NCBI GenBank assembly: GCA_020137815.1
Contig: CM035361.1
Location: forward strand, 2,542,001-2,606,000
Origin: Hormiphora californensis
Lineage: Eukaryota > Animalia > Ctenophora
Direction: 5' to 3'
DNA length: 64,000 nucleotides
The translations under genes were made by a program, and so were the position numbers. The notes beneath the pieces are model-generated. The model had not been told where the DNA came from. It saw only the letters and a list, made by a program, of their open reading frames with translations, and did no database searches. Positions 1 through 16,091 of the stretch are shown piece by piece. Numbering within the stretch: position 1 is the first letter of the stretch; each line of letters starts with the position of its first letter.

Positions 1-85
1 CGTGCAACTAAATGGAGTAACTTAGTACCATAGCAGGGATGTCTAGAGGTTTCTAGTTGAACTAATAATCACTGTGTATTTACAG

Positions 86-3000
86 GTGTTAGCTCCAATC
101 TGAACAGAAGAACTCGGCTGCTACTAAAAATCCTGGCCCTATCTGATGTGGCTATATACAGGTACACCTACAGTACCTAACTATTGGGACTATTCAGTAC
201 TCAGTGAGTACTGAATAGTCCCAATAGTTGTACTACTCACTTCTCGTCTTACAACTTATCGTTTTGCATCGAATTTCGTCTTCTTGTTTTTAACAGTACC
301 ACAGCAAATGGCTACCTTGTAGCTTTTATACAAAACAGCGAAAAAATGGAGATCGACAAAAACTGGTACGATGAATGGACACAAAAAGTGAAGAGGCTAC
401 CAGTCACCATGAACAACGTTCTGGGGAGAGAATGGGAGGCCGACCAGAAGAACGGATGGAAGGACGCCACTTGGCAGATAATGCGAGGTGAAAACTGGGA
501 TGCTTTGATTGAACTAGTGGAAAATACGGTTAAAATGTACAAACTGCTGAACGTTGCCGATGATATCTTCGCCAAGTCCACTACAAATGAATCTGTCAAG
601 CAAACAGCTGTAGACAGACTAAGTGCAGACAAGGAAACCGCAGATTGCGAGGAAACGTTGGCGGAAATGGAATCGGTCGGTAATGCATCTGAGTCACTAT
701 CCTGGATGCTTGATCGCAAATTTGAATCAGATGATTATGCATCTGGCCCTGGATCAATATCGATGTCTAGTGAAATTGCTTCCTATAAAGAGGAAAAAAC
801 GGGACCCACTGACAAGCGGCAGAATGTTATCGTGTTTTTACCTGCAGACATGGATGGCTCTATTCAGGATGAGGCGATTGAAAAAGCTTTTGCATACCTT
901 GGGTGTGAACAATTTAGTATAATGAACACGGAAATGGTCAGGGACAGAGGTGAGGACTGCAACGGGAAAATTGTACTTAGAGTACAAATGAACACAGTAA
1001 AACAAGCATCAAAAGCCCTTGCTAATGTGTACAAACTGAAGAACTACCCTGTGCCTGGAATCTACATTGCCAAGGATATGACATACCATCAACGGCTAAA
1101 GATGCGAGAACTTGTGAAGACTCTACGGTACAGGATAGAAATGCTACCAAAGTACCGATGGAAAATTGTTGATTGGGAAGTGGTTAACGTTGGTCGTTTC
1201 AAGAAACAAGAGCAAGATTTCAAGCATGATTTGATGAACAGTTATAGTGGTTCACTGGATAGTATTTCTAGTGGACCACTATAGTCAGTGGTGAAGTTTT
1301 TTGAGACAAATATGGAGTAATACGAGAAGTCAATAAAACTGAGTTCAAAGGGTGTCCTGCCTAATGCAGACACCTACGATATAAACAATAAACATTTTGA
1401 AATTACTATAGTGTGACATGGAAGTGAGTCTAGACATTATTTGCGTAGAGTACATGTCGAGTTGGCCGTGTGGCCAAAATCTTTAATATTATTATTTATT
1501 ATTATTATAGTGTTATTTTCCAATATATCAATGAGACACTACTAATTCGTGTTGAAGTGTATCCTGTAACTCCTCCCTCTCTCTCAGGACAAGAGCTGAG
1601 AGGCTACACAATGACATGTTTGTCTTCCTGAGCGATGCCAGTAAAGTCTACTGTGATCATTTTAGCACTGAACTACAGGTAGGTCAACATATTAGAAAGA
1701 GTTTGTTGTCATGAAATGAAAGTTTGTTCAATGTTTAGGATTTTGATCATTTAAATTTACAGGGTGTTTTAGAAAAACATAGCATTGACATTCCTTTTAC
1801 CAAACTGGGACCTCGAGTTCTGATTTTCCACGAGACCCAGTACACTGAGATCCTCGGAGCACCTGAGGATGATGGAACAGAGGTATAGTGCTCCTTCATA
1901 AAGATTTATTGATGACATTGCTCCTTCATAAAGATAATATATAATTTACATAATTTCAGATTATAGCGGTAGACCCAGATCGACCGAATGACGGTGAGGT
2001 AGATATTGGTGTCTCCCTCTCATCTCTTGGCGATGAGGTTGCTGATAGAGAGATTTTACAACGTTTTCTTGCTCTTGGAGAATACCCAAAGGTACAAATT
2101 ACAAATATCATTGTTCATTTAAAACACCCTGTAATAATTTGTTTTGTTGAAACTCATTTTATTCTATTATAAAAGTGGAACAAGGCAAGTAACAATATAA
2201 ATAACTGTAATTTATTTCAAATATTACTTTTAGGCATTCAGCAAGATCCGCTACATTGGTATCAAGTCTGGATCAGGACCAACCGATTTTAGTGCGCTCA
2301 CACGTGGAATTAGAGAGGAGCTAACTGGGAACAGTGCACGAAGTAGAAAACCACTCACTCTTATCATGGAATCCTTGAGGGTGAGCATTTGACTTGTGTA
2401 GTTGTTTACTGCCTTGTTTACTGCAGTCTGATGAATACCTTCATATTGGCATATTTATATTTCTCTCTCTATCTCTACCTCTATCTCTTCCCTCTTTCTC
2501 TCTCTCTCTCTCTCTCTTGCTCTTCATCTCTCTTTTTATCCATCTATCTTTCTCTCTCAACAAGTTGGCGTGTAACTTTGCAGTTATTTACAACAGTTGA
2601 CAGATGCCTACAGTTTACCGTCCCCTTTGTGCTGTTGCAGGTGTCCAGCTCTTTCAGACTCGTTATTTTTCTTTTCGGTTACATCTTTTGGTTACATCCC
2701 CCCTTGTTGGTTACATTCCCCCCCCCCTGGTTGGTTACATCTCCCCCTGTTGGTTACATCTCCCCTTGTTGGTTACATCTCCCCTTGTTTAGTAACAATC
2801 CTCCTGTGTCAGGTGTTGAACAGCAAGTTTAGTAACGGTATTTCACAGAAACCTCTCTCCACATTCTCTGATGATTTCTTCCGCTGCCCCCAGATATGCT
2901 CCTCTTGCAGGTACCCTGTTGTAGCACTGAATGAGTCTTCAGTTTCATTAAAAATGTTTGTTAGCTAGGAAGGAACTAACTAAGTTCTATATATTGTCTT

Positions 3001-6000
3001 GCTCGACCCTGTTAGAATATAACAAGTTCTAAAGAATTTCCACTCAATAACCTGTCTCTCTCCAATGATCCAGGCAGCAGTGTAGTCTATCTGTGTCACA
3101 CACTGGATCTCACCTGTTGACGGAGAAGTACTGCCGTTACCAACACGCCTTCAAAAACAGGATATTCATCTGCACCAAGTGTTATAACGATGGCTGCAGA
3201 CGGGAGGTAACCACTAAATACCATGTAGTATTTTTAGTATTTTTGTGCAGCATTAATACCCAAATATGATGAATTTATTCGACTTTCCTGCATGCTAACC
3301 TTTCTCTATTTACCAGGTTCGCCCAAAGTCGTTTGAGGACAGTGAGACGCCCCTGTCTGGCTACATGAAACTCGCCTGGTCAGGGTAGGGACTGATCACA
3401 AACTAATCTCACACACACACACAGTTCACACACACAGCTCACACACATAGTTCACAGTTCACACCTTCACTAACAGACACTGGGCCACTGACTTCACATA
3501 CTATCCCTCACATGCCAATATGTAACACATGTTTGTGCAAAAGACCGTGGCTAGCCCACTTGATATACTGAGAGCTCGTACCGGGCTATCACACGACACA
3601 CCTAGATTTAAACAAATGCAAACATCATTAAAAAACATACCTGATTTACATCATAATACTCTCTACGTTCCCCTTGACCCCTCTACCAATATCACACCCT
3701 CCACACAGGTATGTGATAGAGTGTGACGAGTGTGGTGTGATATACCGTAGTAGGCAGTACTGGTTCGGGAACAAGACACCTGAACAGGAGAGTGTTAGAA
3801 CGGAAATCGTACATGTTTGGCCTGGGGTGAGTCTTTATTTTATAGAATCCCAGTCCATACTCCACTGACATTGTAGTACTCATAGTCAGTTTTGTTTGGC
3901 TTTTGAGTTTTGATATATGTTGTACCTTACTTTCCTCTGCTATGATAAAGTATTATCTTCAGGAGGAGGCTAAACCAGAAAACACAGCCCGATTCTTACT
4001 TGACCAGCTGTATGTTATCTCAGAGACAATAGGTTAGTGCTTTACACCTTGCCGTAGGCTAGTCTTAATAAGTTCGCTGTTAGGCACAGATCAACCTTTG
4101 TCCATGTAACTTCACACTTTATTCAGGTCAGTACGGTGCAGGTCCGACACAAGTGATGACGGACTGGTTGAACGATCAGATATCACCTGCCTACTGGGTA
4201 CCAAACCATATCGTAACGGTACGTTAATAACGAGGTCTCTAGACTATATAGCATTGTGTGAGATGTTGGTTAACCTTTTGAGGGGAAGTGAGGAAGTACA
4301 ATATATCAAATCTACCCCAGTTTTCCTCTCTCATAAGTTATAGTTGAGTGTCGATTAGGCACGATAGAGCTCAATCGATCAAATTATGAATCGAGAGCAA
4401 CAACAAATTTAAAAAAGTGGAAATAAGTTGAATTTAATCTGTCCCTCGTAAACTACTAACTTCCTTCCCTCCCTTATTATGACGTCATACCCCTGTAACA
4501 TCTTGACTCTTGTTCCCCCTCAGAGTTGCCACGCGTGTAAAGTACAGTTTGTTCCCCTCGCAAAGAAACATCACTGTAGGGCATGTGGGCAGGGTTTTTG
4601 TTGTGATTGCAGCTCTAAGGTAGGCTACATTTCATTGATAATATTTGGTTTTATGGTTTTAAACGAAACACGAAGTAGAATCGGTAGAATCTCCCTACAT
4701 GATGATGGGGATATTAAATGCTTACATTTTCATTATTTTAGAGTATTTCATTGGGTTTATTACACATTGTTTCAGAGTATTTCATTGGGTTTATAACACA
4801 TTATTTCAGAGTAAGCCAGTGCCATGGCGAGGTTGGGGAGATGATCCTGTGAGGGTGTGTGATCGATGCTTTACGTGTACAGGTTTCAACCCCTTCACCG
4901 TTACATGTACTGCACACATGTCACGTGATCACTCATCAGTCTCACATACATTAGAGTGCGTTCTACACATCCTAAAAAACGATGGTAAAAACGATGGTAA
5001 AAACGATACAGACGTAGAATATATGTTAAAGTATGAATCTCTCTTTTCTTCCCCTTCCCCTTACGTGACTGTTGTCGGTGCACTAGGCACAACTGGAACA
5101 TGCCCCAACATATTCTATCTGTCTGTATCGTTTTTACCATCGTTTTTACCATCGTTTTTTAGGATGTGTAGAACGCACTCTTAGATCACTATTGATCCTG
5201 ATCAGATCTCGTTCATAATGTTTATTGAGGGAATTGGCCAGTTTTAATCTGCAACTGTATTTCAGATAAACAACTGGAGGAGGATTATTGTACAGAAGAT
5301 TTGACACCATGGAAGGTAAGAGATCTCGTTACTACCAGTAACCATCGTTACCATGGTTACCATAGTTACATCCAAGTTTTGTTTTCCTAAACCATATAGC
5401 TAAAACAACCACCACCATTACACAGGTTACTGAATGTCTAAAAACGGCTGCAAGTGTTGTTAAAACGATAGCAGTGGATGTACCAGCTGGTATAGTGACA
5501 GATTCAGTTCGACCTGATTATTGGGTACCTGATGTCGACATTGTTGGTGAGTGATGTAGGGGATCTTGAGTGTGACCTCTTGCGAAACTTCTTGACATGT
5601 TCTGACTGTTTTGTTTAGTGTTTCTGTCTATTTTTGATGCAAATATAGTTCAAGCAAATACCAAGAACGAATAGCTATTTCTCGGTACCCGCCCTCCCTG
5701 CCGACGGACCTCCCTGCCGACGGGTCGGCAGGGAGGTCATTCGGCAGGGAGGGCGGGATATAGGGGTATAATGTCCTACGTGCCGACGAGATTGGGATGA
5801 GATCGCCGTCGGCACGTAGGACATTTGACCCCTATATTCCGCCCTCCCTGCCGAAAACTGACTCCGAGAGAGTATTCGGCAGGGAGGACATTTACCCCTC
5901 CTATTCACCCTCTGTACCGACGATCGGCAGGGAGGATATTTCACCCCTCCTTTTACCCTCTGTACCGACGATCGGTAGGGAGGGCGTTTCACTCCTTCTG

Positions 6001-6791
6001 CGAGCTCGAGAATTTGGCCGGCAGGCCAAATACGAAGAGTTCACTGTGTATTGTTCCTCTGAGTATCGTTAGGGTAGGGTTAGGGTTAGGGTTAGGGTTA
6101 GGGCGGTGGTTAGGGTTAGGGTGGTGGTTAGGGCGGTGGTTAGGGTGATGGTTAGGGCGATGGTTTGGGTTATGGTTTCGTCGGCACAGAGGGTGAAAAG
6201 GAGGGGTAAATGTCCTCCCTGCCGATCGTCGGTAGTGAGGCTGAAAAGGAGGGGTAAATGTCCTCCCTGCCGACGGCCCTACTTGCCGATCGTCGGTACA
6301 GAGGGTAAAAGGAGGGGTAAAATGTCCTCCCTGCCGATCGTCGGTACAGAGGGTAAAAGGAGGGGTAAAATGTCCTCCCTGCCGACCGTCGGCACAGAGG
6401 GTAAAAGGAGGGGTAAAATGTCCTCCCTGCCGACGGCCCTCCCTGCCGATCGGTAGGGAGGTCCGTCGGCAGGGAGGGCAGAAAATAGGGGTATAATGTC
6501 CTACGTGCCGACGGCGATCTCATCCCAATTTCGTCGGCACGTAGGACATTATACCCCCATATCCCGCCCTCCCTGCCGAATGACCTCCCTGCCGACCCGT
6601 CGGCAGGGAGGTCCGTCGGCAGGGAGGGGGTGACTCCTATTTCTCTCATATTACTCCCATCTAATCCTACTCCCTCACCTCCAGAGTGTTACCAATGCAA
6701 ATCAGCCATTGCAGACTACAAGCACCACTGCAGGAGTTGTGGTCAGGGATTCTGTGACACCTGTACACAAGACAGGAAGTGTGTTCCAGAG
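86..6791 (+). CDS. ZFYVE1: Zinc finger FYVE domain-containing protein 1 (DFCP1) orthologue, multi-exon, partial (5' part upstream of the window; last exon not located)
   Basis: GT-AG exons 86-161 and 1589-1678 join to NRRTRLLLKILALSDVAIYR/TRAERLHNDMFVFLSDAS, matching the ZFYVE1 ATPase region. Later exons give YVIECDECGVIYRSRQYWFGN, ISPAYWVPN, and two FYVE domains (KKHHCRACGQGFC...PVPWRGWGDDPVRVCDRC; RPDYWVPD...KHHCRSCGQGFCDTC). Confidence 0.92.
179..229. repeat. Perfect 51-bp palindrome (25-bp arms, 1-nt centre) in a ZFYVE1 intron
   Basis: aactattgggactattcagtactca-g-tgagtactgaatagtcccaatagtt read directly. Confidence 0.95.
346..1284 (+). CDS. Intronless 312-aa ORF with a C-terminal LINE (L2/CR1-type) ORF1p-like RRM/CTD region, nested in a ZFYVE1 intron
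   Basis: Open 939-nt ORF. KRQNVIVFLP...IVLRVQMNT...ALANVYKLKNY..GIYIAKDMTYHQRLKMRELVKTLR...WKIVDWEVV follows the ORF1p pattern NxIxxG...PxxVxF...LK..IxIxxDLT..R. AATAAA at about 1332 and 1387; no ORF2 follows. Confidence 0.7.
   Translation: MEIDKNWYDEWTQKVKRLPVTMNNVLGREWEADQKNGWKDATWQIMRGENWDALIELVENTVKMYKLLNVADDIFAKSTTNESVKQTAVDRLSADKETADCEETLAEMESVGNASESLSWMLDRKFESDDYASGPGSISMSSEIASYKEEKTGPTDKRQNVIVFLPADMDGSIQDEAIEKAFAYLGCEQFSIMNTEMVRDRGEDCNGKIVLRVQMNTVKQASKALANVYKLKNYPVPGIYIAKDMTYHQRLKMRELVKTLRYRIEMLPKYRWKIVDWEVVNVGRFKKQEQDFKHDLMNSYSGSLDSISSGPL
2690..2790. repeat. ~20-bp minisatellite (ccccttgttggttacatct)
   Basis: About 5 degenerate tandem copies in an intron. Confidence 0.8.
4954..5180. 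mobile_element. PIF/Harbinger-type MITE
   Basis: TIR gagtgcgttctacacatcctaaaaaacgatgg... with a TTA duplication on both sides (4951-4953, 5181-5183). Confidence 0.85.
5684..6636. mobile_element. Non-autonomous Mutator-like (MULE) element with long TIRs, internal ccctgccgac subrepeats and a central (TTAGGG)n tract; copy 1
   Basis: 9-bp TSD ctatttctc (5675-5683 / 6637-6645); TIR of more than 140 bp; near-identical copy at 28886-29839. Confidence 0.88.
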
Positions 6792-7989
6792 GGTGGGATT
6801 GCTGGCAGATTTTTCCTTTTTTGACACCTAAGTGTACACCAAAGGATCAGGAAGTGTGTTCCAGAAGCGGGGGGTGGGGATGTTATTGCTGTAAAGTAGT
6901 TTGTGAACACTAATAATTTCGAAATTTACATTGTCAAAAGCGTGTTACTGGAATTTTACATGTTTTGTAAGGGTTATGTAGATAATTGGTGTGTTTCTGA
7001 CAAGCACTGTATGGGTTAGTGAGGGGTTGTAGGGGAAGTTGCATGAAAATAGAGCACGGGTGGATTGTGGAAATTCAATCGCAATAAATTTCTGTGTTAT
7101 TAAACCTCCTTTATCACTTGTCAGCGTATGATTTCTGTCGCTAAGATTTTAATTTGTCTTGTATTTTCATTTTTCTAAAACCCGATGTGTGTGTGTGGTG
7201 TATAAGTCCCTAGACTCAGAGCACGTGTGTTGTGTATAATTCAGATTGCAGATAAAATTTTCTGGATTAAACCTCCCTTTCTGGCCTCATCTCTGAATTC
7301 AATTCTTTTCTCTCTTCTTCCCAACTCATATTTAGCTGTCTATTCCGTGCTCTCCTTTATGAACTATGTGGAGTCTACTGTTGTTGCCCTCATCTCTGAA
7401 TAAGCTTTTCTCTGTCTATCTTCGCATATTCGCTTCTCCCCGATCTTCTGCTCCTCACTGTAGATCTGCTTCTAGCGACGATGGTTACGATCTGAAAATG
7501 TCGAGTGAGGCTAATAGCTTAGAGAGAGATGAAGTATAAGAGCTGAGAGAAGTGAAGATGACGAGTGAGAGGAGATGAGAGCAGAGAGAGTTAGAGAGAG
7601 CCAGATGATCGAGACGCGCAAGACGATATCTGTCCGACGACTGATCGCACACCTCGAATGATCTAGCGAGACTCTCGCTGCTCCTCGAGATCTCGTTCCT
7701 TCTCTCTCTCTCTCTTTCCCTCCCTCTCTCTCTCCCTCCTCTTCCTCTCTCCATGCATTCCTAACACAATTTACAATGTTCCAATTTTTATATAGCATGG
7801 CCGAAAAGAAAGGCAGCCATTTCAAGTGTTACACTGTGTCGTTCTGCTGTCTAACATGAGGTTCCAGCTGTAGACACCTGCTTGTACCAGAGATCCAGGT
7901 CCCACTTGTAAATCACCAGCAGAGATCTAGATCTAGGTCCCACTTGTACCAGCAGAGATCCAGATTTAGGTCGTGTGTGAGACAGCACA

Positions 7990-12166
<4,177 letters not shown>

Positions 12167-12398
12167 AACTCCATTATATATGGTGTGTTGTAGGACTCCA
12201 TATATGGTGTGTTGTTATTCCCTTTTATGGGCATGTAACTAGATGTTAGGCAGAAGAAGACACACTATATTTTGTCACACTTGCTATACGAACACAATTC
12301 ACAATTCTTTTCACAGACATTTCGTCATTTCAAGACTTACTTTTTCATAGCTTCTGTAAAACTAAATATTTATCCCTTCAAAAGTAATCTATACCTCC

Positions 12399-13739
12399 CA
12401 CGGCGTGCCTGGTGAAATTTTAACACGACCTAGCATGCAACGGGAAACCACCACTTGTACGTGGTAGCTGAGGGTCTACAGAATGGCGCTACGGTGCGGG
12501 AAAAAAAAGTCCATGCCCTAAAATCCTTTTTTTTACTTTTATTTGATTTGGGTCAAAATTGGCTATATTAAACGTGGTCCCGAAAAATCCATAATGACTT
12601 AGCACACGAAATATGTCACCCCTACCTATTTTTGCACGTAGAATCGATTGCCGTTGAAGTCGAATCTCTAAAATGACTGTAAAATGGTCAAAAGTTGATT
12701 TTTTACCATTTTTTGGAGGTTTTTGGCCCCTAAACCATTGAAAACGTTGAGATAGGGATTTGAAACTAGTGCCAATCGTTAAAATGGTCATTTTTCTACC
12801 AAGAACCAAGTTTTCGTGTATATCCGATTTATGGTTAGATTTGGGCAAATTGTTGAAATCTGCCAACTAGGAGAACCGTAACTTGATTTTCTTGTTTTTT
12901 GGATTTTGGCATTTTTGACAAACTTCTGATTGAAATGGTCAATCGGGACCATGCTTAAGTTGTTTATGGGACAATTTTCGACTAAAATCCAAGATTTCAT
13001 ACCAATCCAATAACAGATCGTTGATTTATAGAAAATTTAAGTAGGCAAAACGGTCAAAATAACAACTTTTCTTGCTTATTTTGACCGTTTTGCCTACTTA
13101 AATTTTCTATAAATCAACGATCTGTTATTGGATTGGCATGAAATCTTGGATTTTAGTCAAAAATTGTCCCATAAACAACTTAAGCATGGTCCCGATTGAC
13201 CATTTCAATCAGAAGTTTGTCAAAAATGCCAAAATCCAAAAAACAAGAAAATCAAGTTACGGTTCTCCTAGTTGTCAGATTTCAACAATTTGCCCAAATC
13301 TAACCATAAATCGGATATACACGAAAACTTGGTTCTTGGTAGAAAAATGACCATTTTAACGATTGGCACTAGTTTCAAATCCCTATCTCAACGTTTTCAA
13401 TGGTTTAGGGGCCAAAAACCTCCAAAAAATGGTAAAAAATCAACTTTTGACCATTTTACAGTCATTTTAGAGATTCGACTTCAACGGCAATCGATTCTAC
13501 GTGCAAAAATAGGTAGGGGTGACATATTTCGTGTGCTAAGTCATTATGGATTTTTCGGGACCACGTTTAATATAGCCAATTTTGACCCAAATCAAATAAA
13601 AGTAAAAAAAACGATTTTAGGGCATGGAATTTTTTTTCCCGCACCGTAGCGCCATTCTGTAGACCCTCAGCTACCACGTACAAGTGGTGGTTTCCCGTTG
13701 CATGCTAGGTCGTGTTAAAGTTTCACCAGGCACGCCGTG
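12399..13739. mobile_element. Foldback non-autonomous DNA transposon, Chapaev (CMC)-like: ~660-bp near-perfect arms and a ~13-nt loop
   Basis: 5'-CACGG...CCGTG-3' termini and 4-bp TSD ctcc (12395-12398 / 13740-13743); mirror-image ORFs in the track come from the symmetry. Confidence 0.85.
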
Positions 13740-13796
13740 CTCCACGTTCCAATTTCCCCTCGCTCAACGCTCCAAAACCCCCACTCTTCATCACAG

Positions 13797-15347
13797 AAAA
13801 GGACTGTTTTGTTGTCCCTTCAACGATGCCTCCCGGCTGGATATTCGCGGTGATCCCTCTCTCAATAGTGGGCCTCATATGTATGGCCTACTTCATCCTT
13901 CTACTGGCAAGACACAGGGGCAACTGTTGTGCGGCTCTATCAGGAGGAGCAGAAACTATAAGTGAGAGAGCCATGCTAGCAGGGGAGAAATTAGAGCAAA
14001 TCCCATGCAGCTAGCAGGAGAGAGCAATCAGAGCAAATCCCAGGCAGCTAGCAGGAGAGAGCAATCAGAGGAAATCCCATGCAGCTAGCAGGAAAGAGCA
14101 ATGACAGCAAATCCCATGCAGTTAGCAGGAGAGAGCAATTAGAGCAAATCCCAGGCAGCTAGCAGGAGAGAGCAATCAGAGCAAATCCCATGCAGCTAGC
14201 AGGAGAGAGCAATCAGAGAAAATCCCATGCAGCTAGCAGGAGAGAGCAATCAGAGCAAATACCAGGCAGCTAGCAGGAGAGAGAGCAATCAGAGCAAATC
14301 TCAGGCAGCTAGCAGGAGAGAGCAATTAGAGCAACTGACAACTCCAAGCTAGTAGATCAGAGCAGCTAAAGTTACACCCTATCCTCTCTAAACAGAAATC
14401 TATCAGCAGCTAAATATTACTAACGCTAAGCTTGTATGACATTTGCCTCTGCCTTGGCAATATTTATACTAATCTTTGGAATATTCAGTACTTGGAACGT
14501 TTCAGAAAAAGTAGCAGACAGCCAAAGCCTAGTTGCTACAATGAAAACTACTGCTATATCACCGACGACACTTTCCAATGCAGCTACCCAGTAACTTCGC
14601 TAAGTTACCAGTGCTATATTTCCAATATGTCACCACCCCACCTCCTCCCCAGATCATACAAACCAGTCTACAGTGGCAGCTAACATTGCTGCAAAACAAG
14701 CAGTTAGAAGGAGAGATGTTGAGAGCGGGGGTGACTCTTCAGATGATGACGTCAGAGATGATGTAGAGAGCGATGGAGGGAGAGTGTTTGCTGAGGAGGA
14801 GGAGGATAGTGGGATAGGGGAAGAGAAGGATGTGAAATTAGAGGATAATGAGAATCAGGAAGTGGAGACGGAAATAAAACAAGAAACTTCTCCAGACCAA
14901 ACAACCAGTTTAGATGTCCCTCCGTTACCTGCAGTTGATATTGATGGATCATGTTCACCAGACGAGTCGCCACGATCAGATATCACCGGGTCAGATATCA
15001 CACCAAGGGATATTGTTGTAGATCCTGTGCAGGAGGGTGGTACTCCTGATGATACCCCTAAAGAATCTGATGAAAACCAACTGGATGATGCTACTCCTGG
15101 TGAAACTGCCACTGACCCGGCCCCCAAAGAATCTGATGAACTTGAAACTACTAATGCTGAAGGACCAACTGATGGCTCTAATGAAGGTGGGGTATGTCAA
15201 CCAAATGAAATCTCGGATGATTCAGATCCTAGTGACTTGACACCGGCAAAAGCTCTTGAAGCGATAGAAGATGCCATTGCTGGACATTCTTTTGAAAGTG
15301 ATGAAGAGGAACAAACTCAACAAGAACAACAAGAACAAACACCGTAG
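13797..15347 (+). CDS. Alternative BACE 3' exons: TM exon 13797-13961 plus acidic tail exon 14653-15347
   Basis: Phase-1 acceptor at 13797 is compatible with the BACE donor near 11441 and reads EKDCFVVP-TM(WIFAVIPLSIVGLICMAYFILLLA)-RHR. A phase-1 donor at 13961 joins in frame to 14653, giving a ~230-aa D/E/P/S/T-rich tail. Confidence 0.68.
13970..14335. repeat. 37-bp minisatellite, about 10 copies (gcaaatcccatgcagctagcaggagagagcaatcaga)
   Basis: Head-to-tail copies with no spacers, intronic. Confidence 0.92.
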
Positions 15348-15391
15348 TATCATTATTCACAATTAACTTGTGGTAGTTCCTTTTTTAAATA

Positions 15392-16091
15392 CAGTCGGAC
15401 CCCGATTTACCGGGATCCTCGGGGGAAGCCATTTTGCCCGGTAAATCGGGGTGCCCGGTATATCGGGGTAGAGCATATTTGACCCATGATAAATCCTACT
15501 TTTGTCCAAAATTCTATACCAAGACACCTCTAACTGTATAGTATACATTTATTGATGACAATATGATCATTGCTTCTGTCATTAGAAATAGAAAATTTAA
15601 AAATTCAAAAAAATAATGTAAACCAACCCGACCGAGTCCGAATCGTGTTTCGAATCGGTGCATCTTATCGCATGTCCTGCCGCTAATTAGACGGTTCGAA
15701 ACGAACCGATACGTGATACCATGCCAAATCTGGGCACCTTAAGCGGGGTGAGGAAGTATCAAAGTTTCAAAATAACTTTTTCTCTGAAAATTTACGGGGA
15801 GCATCGATCAAAGCATTGACAATGATTCTGTAAAATTTTGCAAAAAAAAGTTATCAAATTTTTCTAAGGTATACCAGCCACGTTCGAATCGTGTTTCGAA
15901 TCGGTGCATCTTATCACGTGTCCTGCCGCTAATTAGACGGTTCGAAACGAACCGATACGTGATCCCCATTAGACCTAGCGAATTGCAAATGCAAGTTTAC
16001 CAACCGGCCAAACTTCGAAAATTTTCCAAAAAAAATCGGGGGAAAGAAATCCTCCCGGTAAATCGGGGCCCGGTAAATCGGGGCCCGACTG
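15392..16091. mobile_element. pogo/Tc1-mariner-type MITE family (TA|CAGTCGGACCCCGATTTA...), long member; shorter members near 37720, 38942-39009, 42113, 46307-46479, 47702, 52166-52323, 59438 and 60300
   Basis: TA-flanked CAGTCGG...CCGACTG TIRs with ccccgattta subrepeats; at least 9 copies or fragments in the window. Confidence 0.85.

Noticed and set aside
6068-6175. (TTAGGG)n as a real telomere or chromosome-fusion scar
   Set aside because: Short, degenerate, and internal to TSD-flanked mobile elements.
5675-6649. R/P/G-rich ORFs here and at 28850-29726 as genes
   Set aside because: Translations of GC-rich TIR subrepeats of a non-coding element.
12489-13649. Paired 125-aa and 70-aa ORFs on opposite strands as a duplicated gene
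   Set aside because: They are mirror images produced by the foldback arms and show no domain signal.
13970-14335. 37-bp repeats (and 33-bp repeats at 53460) as a CRISPR array
   Set aside because: Units are contiguous with no unique spacers, there are no cas genes, and the context is eukaryotic: minisatellites.
14506-14590. Additional BACE tail exon
   Set aside because: The available GT gives a phase that hits a stop in the next exon; the direct 13961>14653 join is in frame without it.
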